Shown: positions 25,638 to 42,535, numbered from the stretch's first letter. The stretch is 64,000 nt of DNA from Octopus sinensis (GCF_006345805.1 NC_043012.1:58094001-58158000), one strand, 5' to 3'. Notes: a model not told the origin generated them from the letters alone. Numbers and translations are program-made.

Positions 25638-26411
25638 GTAAGTGCGGGTCTTCTGCAAGCACTAGCCTTTTTATTTTTATGTCCGAGTCCGTGGTGAGGA
25701 TTCATGTAGGATTGGTGCATCACAATCCTTCCTACATGTTTCTTACATGATTAAAAAAAAAAAAGAAACATGCGTTCAACCATAAAGCTATTCTCAGTGA
25801 TCATCGTCTTCTCTAAATTTTTGCAGCACGGTACCTCATGATGGGAGTACAGAGGTGAGAGGTTCGAATCGACATTTAGTCCGCTGAAGTCCTAATGGAC
25901 ATCCAGATTTTAATGACTCTCAAAACCAGAAACATGACTATGATTTGATTTCTAACATAGCAGCGGAGTGATAGTTAACCAGACTGGTAGAGCAGAATAA
26001 AAGGCTCATTTGAATCATCTCCGAGAAAGAGTCTCACTTCAAAATCTTCGTCTCCAACGTGGAAGATTTGAAATGTGACAAGAGTGGAGTAGACATCAAG
26101 GGATGTTTTAACAACAGCAATGATCCCTAAACGATAAGAACATTGCTTGTCAGCAAGACCAATGATTAACAATGGTGGAGGAGGGAGCATTGTTAATCAG
26201 TAAACTTAATTTACAGAACACTGACGGATGGGAGTAGTCGTGTTGTTTTGATTTTAAGTATGCGGCGATTTCCCTTTCTTTGTGTTATATCTTCATTATG
26301 CATTTGTCTGACCTATTGTTATCAGATATATCTACACTCGTTTGTAACCCGCTTCGGGTGACGTGACTGGTATAATATTTATGGTCTCTTAACATTAATA
26401 TAAAAAGGATA

Positions 26412-26477
<66 letters not shown>

Positions 26478-26497
26478 CATTATTATTATTATTATTG

Positions 26498-26795
26498 CCT
26501 TTGCAAAGATTCTAACGCCAGAGATGTACTACAGTGTCAGCTGTTCACTACCAGTGAACTAAGGTAGCACCTCTTATTTTTCGAACACCTTCCGGAGAAT
26601 TCGAGCGGTCCTAAGCAGTGCTGTTTTCTGTAAGTGCTCCACCCTTTTTGCAACCCCTATTTGTTCCATGTACTTCTCGATATTTTCACTCGCTGTTCTC
26701 AGGGCTCCGACAATTATTCGTACCATTTCCACCTTTTTCATTGACCACAACTGCTTTACCTCCCAAGCTAACCTGTCATACCTATAGGAGGACGT
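26498..26795 (-). mobile_element. R4/Dong-type LINE 3' fragment (further subfamily)
   Basis: RYDRLAWEVKQLWSMKKVEMVRIIVGAL...LQKTALLRTARILRKVFEK*; short 3' UTR ending in (TAA)n. Confidence 0.85.
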
Positions 26796-27646
26796 TCGGG
26801 TCGGGACCGACGGATAATTTCCAAAATTTGTCTTCAGCCTCTTCAATCTTGTCCACCATACAACCATTTCCAAAATTCTCTGGCCTGGCAGTGCTACCCG
26901 GGAGCTTTTCCTGTTCAAGATACACTTTACAAGCACTGAAGTGCCATCAACCGAGCATGTCTGAGATGCGCGCGGGATGATGAGACGGTCCTGCATGCAC
27001 CAGTCCAATGCCCAGGCATTGCTAACATGTGGTCTTCTGTCGAATACCTGCTGTTGCGTGTGGGACGGATCCGGCTGTCAACTGAATCCATCGTGAAGTT
27101 CGAACTTCCGCCTTCCTTTAACTGGGAAGCAAAGGCTGCTTTTAAATGCTTGGTGATCATGGCGAAAAAGGTTGTATGTTGGACAAGATTCAAGAGGCTG
27201 AAGACAAACACTTTTCTGTTTGGCCAATCCCTGATGAACTTGGCCAATCCCTGATGAAAAGGAAAATAAGGGCAGAGAGGCAAATGTTGTCTTCTAGCAA
27301 GTTTGCTAGAAGGTGAATGAAAGTGGCGAGAACGGTGCAAGTGAACGGGCCTACCCTGAGCATACACCCGTAGTTGGAAAAAAGGAAAGGAAAAAAGACA
27401 CCTGCCCCCAAATCAGGGTACCCATAGTTTTTTATGGGTTTTTTCCACGAGCAGCCCTCGAACGTCTCATCCCTATTGAGGATTACACATTGTTGATCTC
27501 TCTTCATTTTTTGAAATTTTGTTAGTGTTGTTTACACAAAAAACCCACACAACAACACACACACACATTCTTTGTTTTGTCCCCTACTGTCGATAATGTT
27601 TTTCTTAACCTAAACCCTTGTGGTTAATAAAGAAATTATTATTATT

Positions 27647-30326
<2,680 letters not shown>

Positions 30327-30353
30327 TTATTATTATTATTATTATTATTATTA

Positions 30354-30400
<47 letters not shown>

Positions 30401-30402
<2 letters not shown>

Positions 30403-30627
30403 GGCGGCAGCTGGCATAATCGTTAACACGCCGGGCAAAATGTTTAGCAGCATTCCATTCGTCTTTACGTCCTGAGTTCTAATACCACCGAGGTTGACTT
30501 TACCTTTTATTCTTTCGGGTCGATAAAATAAGTACCAGTCAAATATTGGGGTCAAGTACTGGAGTCGATGTAATCGATTATCCCCTTACCAGCAACTTCC
30601 AGGTATTGAGCATATAGCAGAAAGGAT
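30401..30627 (+). mobile_element. SINE-B between (TTA)n tracts
   Basis: aaggcggcagctggcataatcg...gataaaataagtaccag. Confidence 0.85.
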
Positions 30628-30635
30628 TATTATTC

Positions 30636-30697
<62 letters not shown>

Positions 30698-30965
30698 GAG
30701 TGAGAGAGCAATGCATGCCATCAAAGTGTCACTGGAACACAAATATGCGAAGCCCATTCTATCCAGCATGACTGCCCGTCTGTTAAGTGTAGAGCAGGTA
30801 TATGCACTACAACCGTATCTGCACAACATGGTGATCTCATATCAAGATTAACATCGTATGAACTTCAGGTGGGGCCCAGTTAGAATTTTCTTCAGGTCGA
30901 ATAGCGCATCCCGCTTAGAAGGTCCCCGAATAAGACTTGTTTAAGGATGATGAACGAAACACGTA
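30698..30965 (+). mobile_element. Unclassified interspersed repeat following (TTA)n
   Basis: gagtgagagagcaatgcatgccatcaaagtg... recalled as a common octopus repeat; not verifiable here. Confidence 0.4.
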
Positions 30966-31195
30966 AGTTTTCTTCTTCTTCTTCTTCTTCTTCTTCTTAG
31001 TATTATTTTCCCCCGAGGTCGACGTTGCATTTCATCCTTTTGGGGTCGATAAATTAAGTACCAGCTGTGCACTGAGGTCGATCTATTCGACTGGCCCCTC
31101 CGTCCTCCAAAATTTCGGGCCCTGTGCCTAGAGTAAAAAACATCATCATCATCATCATCATCGTCGTCGTCGTCGTCATCATCATCATCATCATC

Positions 31196-31251
<56 letters not shown>

Positions 31252-31290
31252 AACCTCATCCTCATCATGATCATCTTCATCACCACCACC

Positions 31291-31324
<34 letters not shown>

Positions 31325-31580
31325 TTTAAGCCGGTGAACGGGCTGAAGATTTTAGCGCGTCAGAGAAAAACGCTTAATGGCGTTTCTTTGGCTTTTACGT
31401 TCTGAGTTCACATCTGAAATGGACTTTGTCTTTCATCGCATCAGGTTTCAGTGTGTAAGTACTCGTTGAACACAAAAATTCAATACAGTCGATTTACTCT
31501 CTCTCTGTCTCTCATCAAAATATTCTGTCTTCTCTGAAGCCAAGAAAGAAACGCCATTATTATCATTATTATTATTATTA

Positions 31581-31642
<62 letters not shown>

Positions 31643-32159
31643 TTATTGCTCGTTAAATCGAGTCGTTTCGCTTGGTGCCCGAATTTTATTTTACTTCGAA
31701 TCTTGTTTATGTCCATGTTTAATATTCACTGTATGCAAATGGCTCCTTTGAACAATTGTTGCATCATAATAAATAAACAGATAAACAAACAAACAAACAA
31801 ATAAATAAATAATTAGAAATGGGTTATTTAGGAATATTGATTACCAAGCTACAATTAATTTTCAAAAAGATGATTAATTAGTACGGAAACAATCGCTTAA
31901 GTTGTTTTATCTGAGTAAATGCCTGACTACATTTAACGTGTACGTGTTTATATATATATATTATATATATTATATATATATATATATATGTATGTATATA
32001 TGTGTGTATGTATATATATATATATATGTGTATGGGCGTATGTATGTTCATATATTTATATACATTTATATATGTATATATATGATATAGATATGTGTGT
32101 ATATATGTGTGTGTGCATATACACACACATACAATGATGTGCATACACGGTTGTGTGTT

Positions 32160-32195
<36 letters not shown>

Positions 32196-32649
32196 ATTAT
32201 ATACACACATATATGTATAAATGAATATATATATACGATTCTTTTTGTGTGTATGTGTATAGTTTTCATTGACAATTAAATTCGATCTATAATGAATCGT
32301 TAATTAACTGAATAATCGAATAATCAAATACGGTAATCGATATTATACGCACCAAACACACATTTATGACTTAGCTAAGTAAATACGCGAACGTATTATA
32401 ATTGTTAAAATACATCAGAAAAAATAAAAACAAATCAAAACAAGAACAAAACATAAAACTAAAAAAAAATTCAAGAAAAATATCGATTGAAGGGCCAAGA
32501 TTAAACAGTAATAGTTTTAGATTTCGTAGAAACACACACAATTATTCCGATGTCTTTGAGTAGATATTTAATCAGGGTTAAATATGCCAGTCAGGGTCGA
32601 ATTGCACCCGGCTAGTACAATTTATAACAGCTATAAAGTGTACCAGGAT

Positions 32650-32685
<36 letters not shown>

Positions 32686-32754
32686 TAATATATACATATC
32701 TACATATACATTCATATACACACACACATACATACATATATATATATATATATT

Positions 32755-32786
32755 ATTATATAAATATATAAGGTATATATATTTAC

Positions 32787-32820
<34 letters not shown>

Positions 32821-32915
32821 ACATACATATAGTTATGTATGAACGCTTATAGACGTATACATATTCAACAAGATTTTTGTAATATTTGTAACTCGCCAGT
32901 CCGTTTTATGTTCAT
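32755..32915 (+). repeat. Left copy of ~165 bp direct repeat (putative long TSD)
   Basis: The unique core aacaagatttttgtaatatttgtaactcgccagtccgttttatgttcat recurs at ~34820-34991. Confidence 0.9.
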
Positions 32916-32945
32916 ACATACAACATACATTCATACATACACCAC

Positions 32946-32989
<44 letters not shown>

Positions 32990-33000
32990 AAAATAATATA

Positions 33001-33049
<49 letters not shown>

Positions 33050-34806
33050 GTGTGTGTGTGTGGGGGTGTGGTGTACGTGCATATAGGGTTCCCTGCATTT
33101 TCCCCCTATATATACAAATTTTGTCTCCCATATATGACTTCTTTTCCCTAAATATTTCTTCTCCTACACCCATATCCCCTATGTAGTCTCTTTATTCCCC
33201 TATATCTATACCCTTTCACATTTCTAACTCAGATGTTGAACGCACACCGCCAAACTCCACTTCCCACCCTTCCAATTTTCAGTTCCCCCCGCCCGCCCCT
33301 ACGTTTAACACACACCTCTAACTTTCAACCACCTTCATCTCATGTTAAACTTTAAAAAATTATATTTTTATCTTATTTTATTTTATTTTTATTTTTACTT
33401 TTATTTTTACTTTTATCCTACTTTTATTTTTATTTTTATTTTTAATTTTATTTTTACTTTTATTCTACTTCCATTTATTCTCATTTTCATTTTCATCCCT
33501 TACCTTAACTCTTATACATTGTATTTCTTATTTTATACTGTATTTTTTATTTCTAATCTTTACCCTACCCTCATTCTTACCCCTAACTTATCGCTTTACA
33601 CCTCTATATGTTTATTTACTTACCTATGGATCCACCTTTTGAATATACGAGCGTCCGCGTACGTGTGTATACGCATACATACATATGCACGCGCATAATG
33701 TACATGCATACTTCGATATCTTATAGCTATACCCATGTGCGCGTGTGTCTCTGTGTGTGTATATGAGTGTATATGTGCACGCACATACGGACACACAGCC
33801 GTGTGTGCGTGCGCGTATTGACATGAGTACGGGATTCTTTACATACGTTCTTATACACATCCTTTAATATCTTATACCTGGACCTAGAGGCGTGGGCATA
33901 TACGTGGTGTATGTAGTGATGGGCGCGCGTATATACATGTGAGCGTGTACGCGCGTAATGTCCGTGTATATATGCGGATATTCTGTTGTATGTATGTGTG
34001 TGTACGCGCGTGCGTGTGGGTGCGTGTGTGTTGTATGTACGTGTTTACACGCGAGTGCGTGTGTATGCTTATAGGCTTGGAGGCGTATATGTACGGCGTG
34101 TATGTGGGTGTATATATCCATGATGATATGTATGTACTAGAAGACCATTTAATTCAAGGAACCAGATTAAATGCTCATCAGCTCTGATTTACAACTCATT
34201 AAGTCCCCAGACGAAACTGTTGATGTACTGACAATTCTACAACTAAATTTTATCAATCTCCTGACCACCATGCTTGGTCCATAACCTCTATACATCCCTT
34301 ATCTTACATTCTTTTACACTTTTATCATGTTTTTATCAGGTTTGTTTACTTTTATTTCTATTTCTATTTTTACTTTATATTTCTTTATACCCCCTTTACA
34401 TCTACTTACAACCCTTTATCCTCTACATTTTTATATTATTCTATACTTACACTTTTTATACATTTTTTATCCCTCGTCCCGAACTCTCGCCCCTCCATCT
34501 TCACCTCTATATGTGTTTATTTATTACATTACCTCAACATCCAATTTTCCTCATTCTACATTGAGAGAAGAAAGAGATGGACGCTTCAACTCTATGCTGC
34601 TGCCGCATTATGTCGTACGTGAATGAGAGGATTTGCATCCCCAACCAAGAATTTTTGATGTAACACATGTCCTTGTGGAAGCTGTTGTGCGCGGCTGAAG
34701 AAGGCCACAGACATACATTATGCATTGTTATAAATCTGTCTAATAAAGGCCCGAAACATATGTACCGCTGAATCCTTCGCATCATGTTTTTATTTTATTT
34801 TGATCA
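32916..34806 (+). mobile_element. ~1.9 kb non-coding, HHR-terminated (Penelope-like / retrozyme-like) insert
   Basis: Bounded by the direct repeats; low-complexity body; HHR about 40 nt from the 3' end, then (TA)n. Confidence 0.6.
34691..34768 (+). ncRNA. Type I hammerhead ribozyme motif (minimal, palindromic stem III)
   Basis: GCGG-CUGAAGA-A-GGCC...GGCC-C-GAAA-CAUAUG-UA-CCGC. Stem I is 4 bp, the core is intact, stem III is the palindrome ACAUAUGU, and the predicted cut follows GUA (34764). Position 10.1:11.1 is imperfect. Confidence 0.75.
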
Positions 34807-34819
34807 ATATATATATATT

Positions 34820-34847
34820 ATATATAAATATATAAGGTATATATATT

Positions 34848-34896
<49 letters not shown>

Positions 34897-34991
34897 ACAT
34901 ACATATAGTTATGTATGAACGCTTATATACGTATACATATTCAACAAGATTTTTGTAATATTTGTAACTCGCCAGTCCGTTTTATGTTCAT
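34820..34991 (+). repeat. Right copy of ~165 bp direct repeat
   Basis: One substitution (ttatagacg vs ttatatacg) plus a (TA)n length difference relative to the left copy. Confidence 0.9.
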
Positions 34992-35154
34992 GGTTCTTAA
35001 GTCCCATAATTCTTAGGACGGTAGAATCCGTTTTTGACGCTATTTCTCTGTTTTCTATCATGTATTTTATATACTTCTGTGTTCCATAGGCATAAGCATG
35101 GAACAATATTTGAGTAAAATATGATGTTTGTATTTGCAATATAATTTTATTTAC

Positions 35155-35515
35155 ATAAATACTAGAACTGGGCGCCACTGCATAGTGCCAAGGACTCCAA
35201 AATTGTTATCAAGATGTAGGACAAGATGCTGCAATAGCCTAGTCCTCAGTGGACGACAGCTCTTCAATATCCTGAGAGACCTGCATGGGGTGGATGTAGA
35301 TGTCTTCAAAATAAAGCTGGACTTCTTACTATCAAGTGTCCCAGAGGAACCAACATCGCTGCAGGAGGTGCAGATGTGGGCAGCTGCATCGAACTCTCTC
35401 ATGCACCAAATGCCAATTCCTAAAAAGAATTCGTGAATTAAAATTATGTAGCAACACCAAATGGTGGTGCTTCAGCAAGGTCACAGCTCGTGAGCTGAAA
35501 CTAGATGAAATAAAT
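35155..35515 (+). mobile_element. CR1/L2-group LINE 3' relic
   Basis: RTGRHCIVP...CCNSLVLSGRQLFNILRDLHGVDVDVFKIKLDFLLSSVPEEP is typical of the CR1/L2 ORF2 C-terminus. Confidence 0.75.
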
Positions 35516-36008
35516 AAAACCTTAAAAATATATAATGGACATATGTAATGGACATATAATGGATATATAATGGATATATTGCACTAACGTTTATTTCTCG
35601 GTTATTTCCGAGAAAGCGTTTATGTCTTGAACGCTGTTCATGTCACCGTACTGAATGATGCTGCTTAAGTGTCGAAACCATAATGATATCTGTTTGGCAG
35701 CTAATGATGGAAATATACGTTGGGTGGGAATCGTTTGTGAATGGTGTTCTCGTGAAATTCTAGTACTTGAAGTGTTGAAAATGTTCAGGGGCACTGAGTG
35801 TCTTTATTTTTGTTGGGGTTTTGTTGATACAAGATGGCTGCCCACGTTGGACACACTCACACACACACACACACACACACAATACACACACAAACACACA
35901 GACAGATAGACAGACAGACACACACACACACACAAATATATATCCATGCGGGTGCGTGCACCTTTATATATATATAGTTTATGTACATATATGCGTATAT
36001 GTGCATAC

Positions 36009-36044
<36 letters not shown>

Positions 36045-36049
<5 letters not shown>

Positions 36050-36190
36050 GACAGGCTTCTTTCAGTTACCGTCTACCAAATCCACTCACAAGGCTTTGAC
36101 AGCCTGAGGCTATAGCAGAAGACACTTGCCGAAACTGCCACGCAGTGGGGTTGAATTCGGAGCATGGTTTGTCCAAGTCAGTTCGATTAG
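36045..36190 (-). mobile_element. SINE-A 5' half
   Basis: gacaggcttctttcagttaccgtctaccaaatccactcacaaggc. Confidence 0.8.
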
Positions 36191-36374
36191 CTTACAGAGA
36201 TCTTTTATATGAAGAGCGAAATGTAAATAAACGTATATTATTAATGAACATATATTATTAATAGTGGGTGAAGTGAAATATGTCTCAGATCGTTGAGCAC
36301 AGTATGCCAAAACACACACACGCGCGAGCACTTACACAAGCATATAAATACATGCCTTATTATGATATACATGC

Positions 36375-36431
<57 letters not shown>

Positions 36432-37164
36432 ATATATATATATTATATATATATATATATATTTACACACATTCAGAGATACACAAGCTTTATGGCCGCA
36501 TGCATAGATATTCATGCGAGTGCGTGCACTAACACCCACACCTGCACGCACATACACACATACACACACACACACGCACACACACACACACACACACGCA
36601 CACACATATTAGAGAATGAGGGTTTCGTTTTGTTTTTGACAACTTAATTTTCGAAATCCACATGTCTGAATATTATGTACTACATCAATATTCTTTCGTT
36701 ATTTCCAAATATTATCTTTGAAAGAGTAACATACACAGTCATCAACAATATCTGTACAGCAAAAACGGTAACAAACCAAGTATAAATTAAGATAATTTTT
36801 CTCACTTTAGCGCACCCCCAAATTAGCTAAAAAAGATTGACCAGTTTTATCTACATATTAAAAGCAGGGATAAATTGGTGGCAGATTTAGGAAGCTTATA
36901 GCACCAAACTTGATGAGAAAAGATCATTAGAATATGTCACAAAACTATTATGAAAATAGTATAACAAGAATGCAAGAACTGAGAATATAACGTAAAGAAA
37001 TATGCATATGTATAAACAGAAATAGAGAAAACAACACACACACCACACACACACACACAGACACATATAAATATATGAATGTATATGGTTATATATGTAT
37101 ACCTTTATATATATACATGTATGTACGTATATATATATAAGTAACACGTATACTTATATAAATA

Positions 37165-37219
<55 letters not shown>

Positions 37220-37409
37220 TACATATATATATGCATATGTATTAAATATTTATTTGTATATATACATATAAATAGATATGGTGGTAGATAAATATAGTGT
37301 ACCAATGGCATATATATATATATGTATATATATATATGTATGCATGTATGTATGTACGTATGTATGTATGCACATGCATACATGTATGTATGCGTTTATA
37401 TGTATACAA

Positions 37410-37455
<46 letters not shown>

Positions 37456-38627
37456 CAGATGCCGACGCCCCACATTGTGCACCTTCTCCATCATTTGCTA
37501 CAATAACATAAATGTAAATGGACTCCTGCCGTTAGTAAGAAGCCATGATGAAATTTTGTCAACAAACTATCATAACATGTGAGAAGAACCAGAACTTCGT
37601 GTGTTTCATTTAATTGCCTATATATTTGATATGATGTATGAATATATTAAAATTATGTTTTCCTTTTAACATTTGTACTTGTCTTTCCCTGATACCTAAT
37701 AAACAACGGCTAAATGTTGACTTTATATGGCTTCCTTTTCATAGTTTGCTATTGTTACCGACTTCATTTCATTGCATTATATGCAAACATGATATTATTC
37801 CCTATTGCTCCCTCCAATTTTTTTCATTTTCTTCTAACAAACCATTTTATGTAAATCATTTTTCTCTTTTCGTTTCGTCTCGTTTCGTTTATTTATTTTT
37901 AATCATTAAACTTCTTCTGTATTGTAACGTTTATCCGTTTTGTTTTCTTTTGTTGTTACATAATTCACACAGTATTTTTACAAGCTAACGTTTTTGTATG
38001 GTGAAAGAAAGCTCATACAATAAACACGTCGTTAACACAGTCATCTGTATGACACGTCACTTGCTAGGTTGCCGCTATCTCAATGACATACCGCCATTGT
38101 TAACACAGCACTCGACGACGATCATCTCATCTCATCTTTCCAAATGAATCCACGTGATATTTAATACTAATTATTATTTGTCCCATTCGATATCGTCAGC
38201 TGCAAGGAAATACAATTTCACGTAAGCAAGCTATTTCTCTATCATCATTTTCCTATTCAATGATCTACATTTCTCAGATTCGCCGAAAACAATCATATTA
38301 ACACTCGAAGGATTTCAGATAAAGAAAAATTTCTTCTGGAATTTTCCACAGCCCAAACTCAAACGTAGTTAGTTGATAGATATCAACCAACTGTAGTGTA
38401 AAGATTCCAGTCTTATAAATATTACTACTTTGTAAAAAGGTTCGCTTATCTAGCCACTACATGTAAACATTTTTGCTATCTGGAAACCTTAAATTGCAGT
38501 ATGTTATTATTAGAAAGAATGTTGAACATATTCGCGAGGACAGTTTTTACGAATGAGAATTATGGTTGATAACCGGGTTAAGAATGATGATTTCATACAT
38601 AAATACATACATACATACATACATACA

Positions 38628-38661
<34 letters not shown>

Positions 38662-38834
38662 CATGCATACATATGGACGTACGTTTGTATGTAGGTATGT
38701 ATGTATGTATGTGTGTGTATATATACACACAGAAAAATACATGTATATGTGTGTGTGTTTGTGTGTGCGTATGCGTGTGCATGTATAATACATATATATC
38801 TATAATGGTATTAGTTATTATATATATATATATA

Positions 38835-38945
<111 letters not shown>

Positions 38946-39136
38946 TAATATAGATATATATATATATATACGAAATATCCATCTCATATATATATATTGT
39001 TATCAATCATAAATACGGTATGTATAACAGCTGTTTGTATCTATATTGTAATCTATATAGACGTCAGACATCTCATACATATCTAAATAGATACTTTTTA
39101 GATACACATCTCCTCTCTCTCTCTCTTGATAAATAT

Positions 39137-39200
<64 letters not shown>

Positions 39201-40444
39201 CATATTTATGTATAAAGTTTGTAATTATATATGTATATGAGTGACTGCATGTATATATGCAGAAACAATGTATAGATACAGATAGATGCTTATACTTACA
39301 CATATTTGTTTGTATGAAAATATACATATACGCATGCGTATGTATGTACATATATATATATGTATACATGTGGATATATATATACATATAAATCTGTATA
39401 TATATATATATATATGCATGTATGTTTATATATACATATACATATATTCTAATGTAGTAGAAAATAAGTTGCGTTCGGCAAAATAAATTTCCTTGAAATC
39501 ATCAATTTAAGATTAGATGAACCATAAAATTATTCAATGTAGAAATTAATTCTTCAACCATGCAAGCCATTAAAAAACGTAAAGACAAAACAAAGAGAAA
39601 TTAAAATAAATTAATGATAAAAATATAACTAAATAAACAAAGAATGATGTAGGGAGTCGTTGGTGGTGGTGGTTGTGGTGGTGCTCTCTTTGTTGTTACT
39701 GTTGTTGTTGTTGGTGGTTGTGGTAGTGGTGGTGGTGGTGCTGCTGCTGGAAGTGAAGTGTGTAGTGTCGTGGGTGGAGTGTGGAAATGCAACATAAATA
39801 TGTTTTGGCAATTTAATTCATCAAGCATAATCACCCAACAATGGAGGCAAACACTTTGACGTGAAGGGGTGAAATAAATAAATAAATAAATAATCAAATA
39901 AATAAATATATTAAGATACAAAAAGGTTCTCGAATATGCTCTCAAAAGATGTTGTGTAGTAGTAAATTGTATCATGAAAGCCATTATTCAATGTTGATGC
40001 TATGTCGAGAGAACACTAACAATGGAGAAGTATATAGTTAAATGCAATTAAACGAAAAAGGAGTCGATAATACGAAACAAAATGTTTTAAATAAAGATTC
40101 GATGTATATGTAATTTTGACTTTGTGCTTTTGTTTGTGGTTGTTTTTGTTTTGTTTTTTGTTTTTGTTTTTGCAACATGAATGGCAAAGGATAGGTTTGA
40201 GAGGAATCAATTCATTCCATCGACCATTTTTGTTGAAGCAGAGGATAATGATTTTTTAATTAGGAATAGTTTTAGAATTATAGCAGAAAGGAAAATCAGG
40301 AAGCTGTGCTTTTTATGCATTTCCCCAAAGCATTAGCAAGTTACAATTTCCTTTGTTCACGTACTTTGTTTCATTGTCGTTGTTGTTGTTGTAGTTGTTG
40401 TTGTTACTGCTACTGGTGGTTTTCTTTTGTTGCTGTGAACGCTA

Positions 40445-40845
40445 TTCAACACCAGGTCAGACCCAATCGAGTAAGACAAAAAAACAATGTCTTAAGTGAA
40501 CTGAACTGAGACCCCTTCGGCCATGCTGACCATGGGATTGCATCTACAAAGTTACCCTTCCAGGCACAAGTCCGGGCAAGGGTGTTTATGGAAGACCAGT
40601 AGTCGCCCATGCATACCAGCCTCCCCTCTCCGTGCCACCAGTGTTGTCCAAGGGAAAAGGCAAAGGCGCCGATACAGCTTGGCACCTGTGACGTTGCAAC
40701 TCATTTCTACGGCTGAGTGAACTGGAGCAACGTGAAATATAGTGTCTTGCTCAAGAACACAACACGCAGCCCGGTCCGGGATCCGAACTCACAACCTCAC
40801 GATCGTAAGCTCGACGCTCTAACCACTGAATCATGCGCCTTCACT
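40445..40845 (-). mobile_element. SINE-C (tRNA-derived head), near full length
   Basis: Reverse-complement head gtgaaggcgcatgattcagtggttagagcgtcgagc...gagttcggatcccggaccggg (A/B boxes), followed by a non-tRNA body. Confidence 0.85.
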
Positions 40846-41894
40846 TAATGCATTAAGTACTCTGCCTAAAAAAATGTATTATTTGATGTCTCTTGTTCAT
40901 TTTTGCAATCAATAGTTTATAATATGAAGGAGATTTTACTACGAAATGTTACTACTTTTTCTACCAGTTGAACCACCCCTTTGAAATCCTCACACTGGAA
41001 TACGCTACTTTCCTGTCTCATATAATTTTTGCCTTTCTTTTTAAAGAAGATCGGCCATAGGGTTTAACCGATTCACTTTGCACAAAAGTAGTCGTTCTGT
41101 TTGCTTCCGAAGCCCTCTGGAGAGCTGGAAAACAAATTCGATCTTGTCAGTTATTCGAAATCAGAAACACGAATATATATAATCCATATGTCGCAATGCA
41201 CTCAACTCATCGCTTCATAAACATCTCATCCCTCCAAGCTAGCCTGCAACTATAATATTTCTATCTTACGTAGTCGTAGCTAGGAAATTTAGAAACTGCA
41301 GAATGAATATGTTAAGAGGTTAAAAACAAACACCGTAACTTCTGTAATATCAATTCTAGGGGAAGACGGGGTGGTAGAGTCAATTGAATCAACATATTAG
41401 ACATATTAGAATGTTTCTGATACTTATTTTATCGACCCTGCAATGATGAGATGAAAGGCAAAGTTGATCTCTCGTTGGGATGGTGAACTCAGAACGCAAA
41501 GAGTCAAAGTTAAATAGCGCAATATATTTAGTCCGCAGTGCTAATTCCACCACACCAACGCTCTAAAAGGAATAATTATTTATTTTAGGAGGGATCAAGG
41601 TCACAAATTTCCAAGGAGTGGAATAAAATAAACAATTAAATCGAACACAGTGCTTTAGTAGTGGTATTTCATTTATCGAACTCTCCAGGAGTTTGAAAAC
41701 CAGAGTTGACCCCCAGCGAAGACTTTTTTAAAATTCAGAACGTAAATATATAATCGGATAAAATAGGCATTGTGTCGAAATAATCTCCTGATTCTGTATC
41801 TATTGACCACTAAGTACACACACACACACACACACCACCTCACATGGGCATACATATATATTCTTATATACACACACACATACACACACACACC

Positions 41895-41939
<45 letters not shown>

Positions 41940-42274
41940 GTGTGTATGTGTGTGTGTGTGGCTGTGGGAATGGCATGTAAGCAACCTCAGACAGCTGCGT
42001 GGTTCATTATTTCGATTGGCTACAATGTACACCGGGTTCGATTCCACAGTGCGATATCATGGATGAGTTCTCTCACGTCCTTTGTTTGATTAAAATATGA
42101 GGGCACGCACACACATACACGCTGCACGCGCACCCTGTATTGTATACATGTATGTCTATATGCATATATATATATATATATATATATATTTGTGTGTGGG
42201 GGGGGCGTGTTTGTGCCCGCGCGAACAGGCATTTTTATGCTGACCGGTACAACCCAGCGTATCGAAACCTAATA

Positions 42275-42535
42275 ATCGTTTCTACTATAGGCACAAGGCC
42301 TGGAATTTGTGAGGACGGAGGAGAGTCGATTACACCAACCTCAGTACTTGACTGGTACTTATTTTATGGATCCCGGAACAATGAAAGGCTAAGTTCACCT
42401 CGGCGGAATTTGAATCTTGAACGTAATGACAGACGAAGTGCTGTAAAGCATTTTGAATAATAGTAATAATAAATCTTCCAACCACGGCGGAATTTGAACT
42501 CAGAATGTAAAAACGGGCGAAATACCGCTAAGCAT
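42275..42535 (-). mobile_element. SINE-B with duplicated head module
   Basis: ggcggaatttgaa motif occurs at ~42402 and ~42486. Confidence 0.8.

Noticed and set aside
25990-26130. In-frame TGA on the + strand (RLI*IISEKESHFK...) as possible selenocysteine
   Set aside because: No selenoprotein motif, no upstream splice or start in frame, and no recognisable SECIS.
31445-31461. Microexon-like YAG-10 nt-GTAAGT
   Set aside because: It lies inside a decayed SINE-B whose consensus supplies the AAGT motif.
40780-40845. tRNA-like sequence with A/B boxes (also SINE-A/B heads and ~42020-42050)
   Set aside because: It continues into a SINE body and lacks a complete cloverleaf and acceptor stem, so it is a SINE head rather than a tRNA gene.
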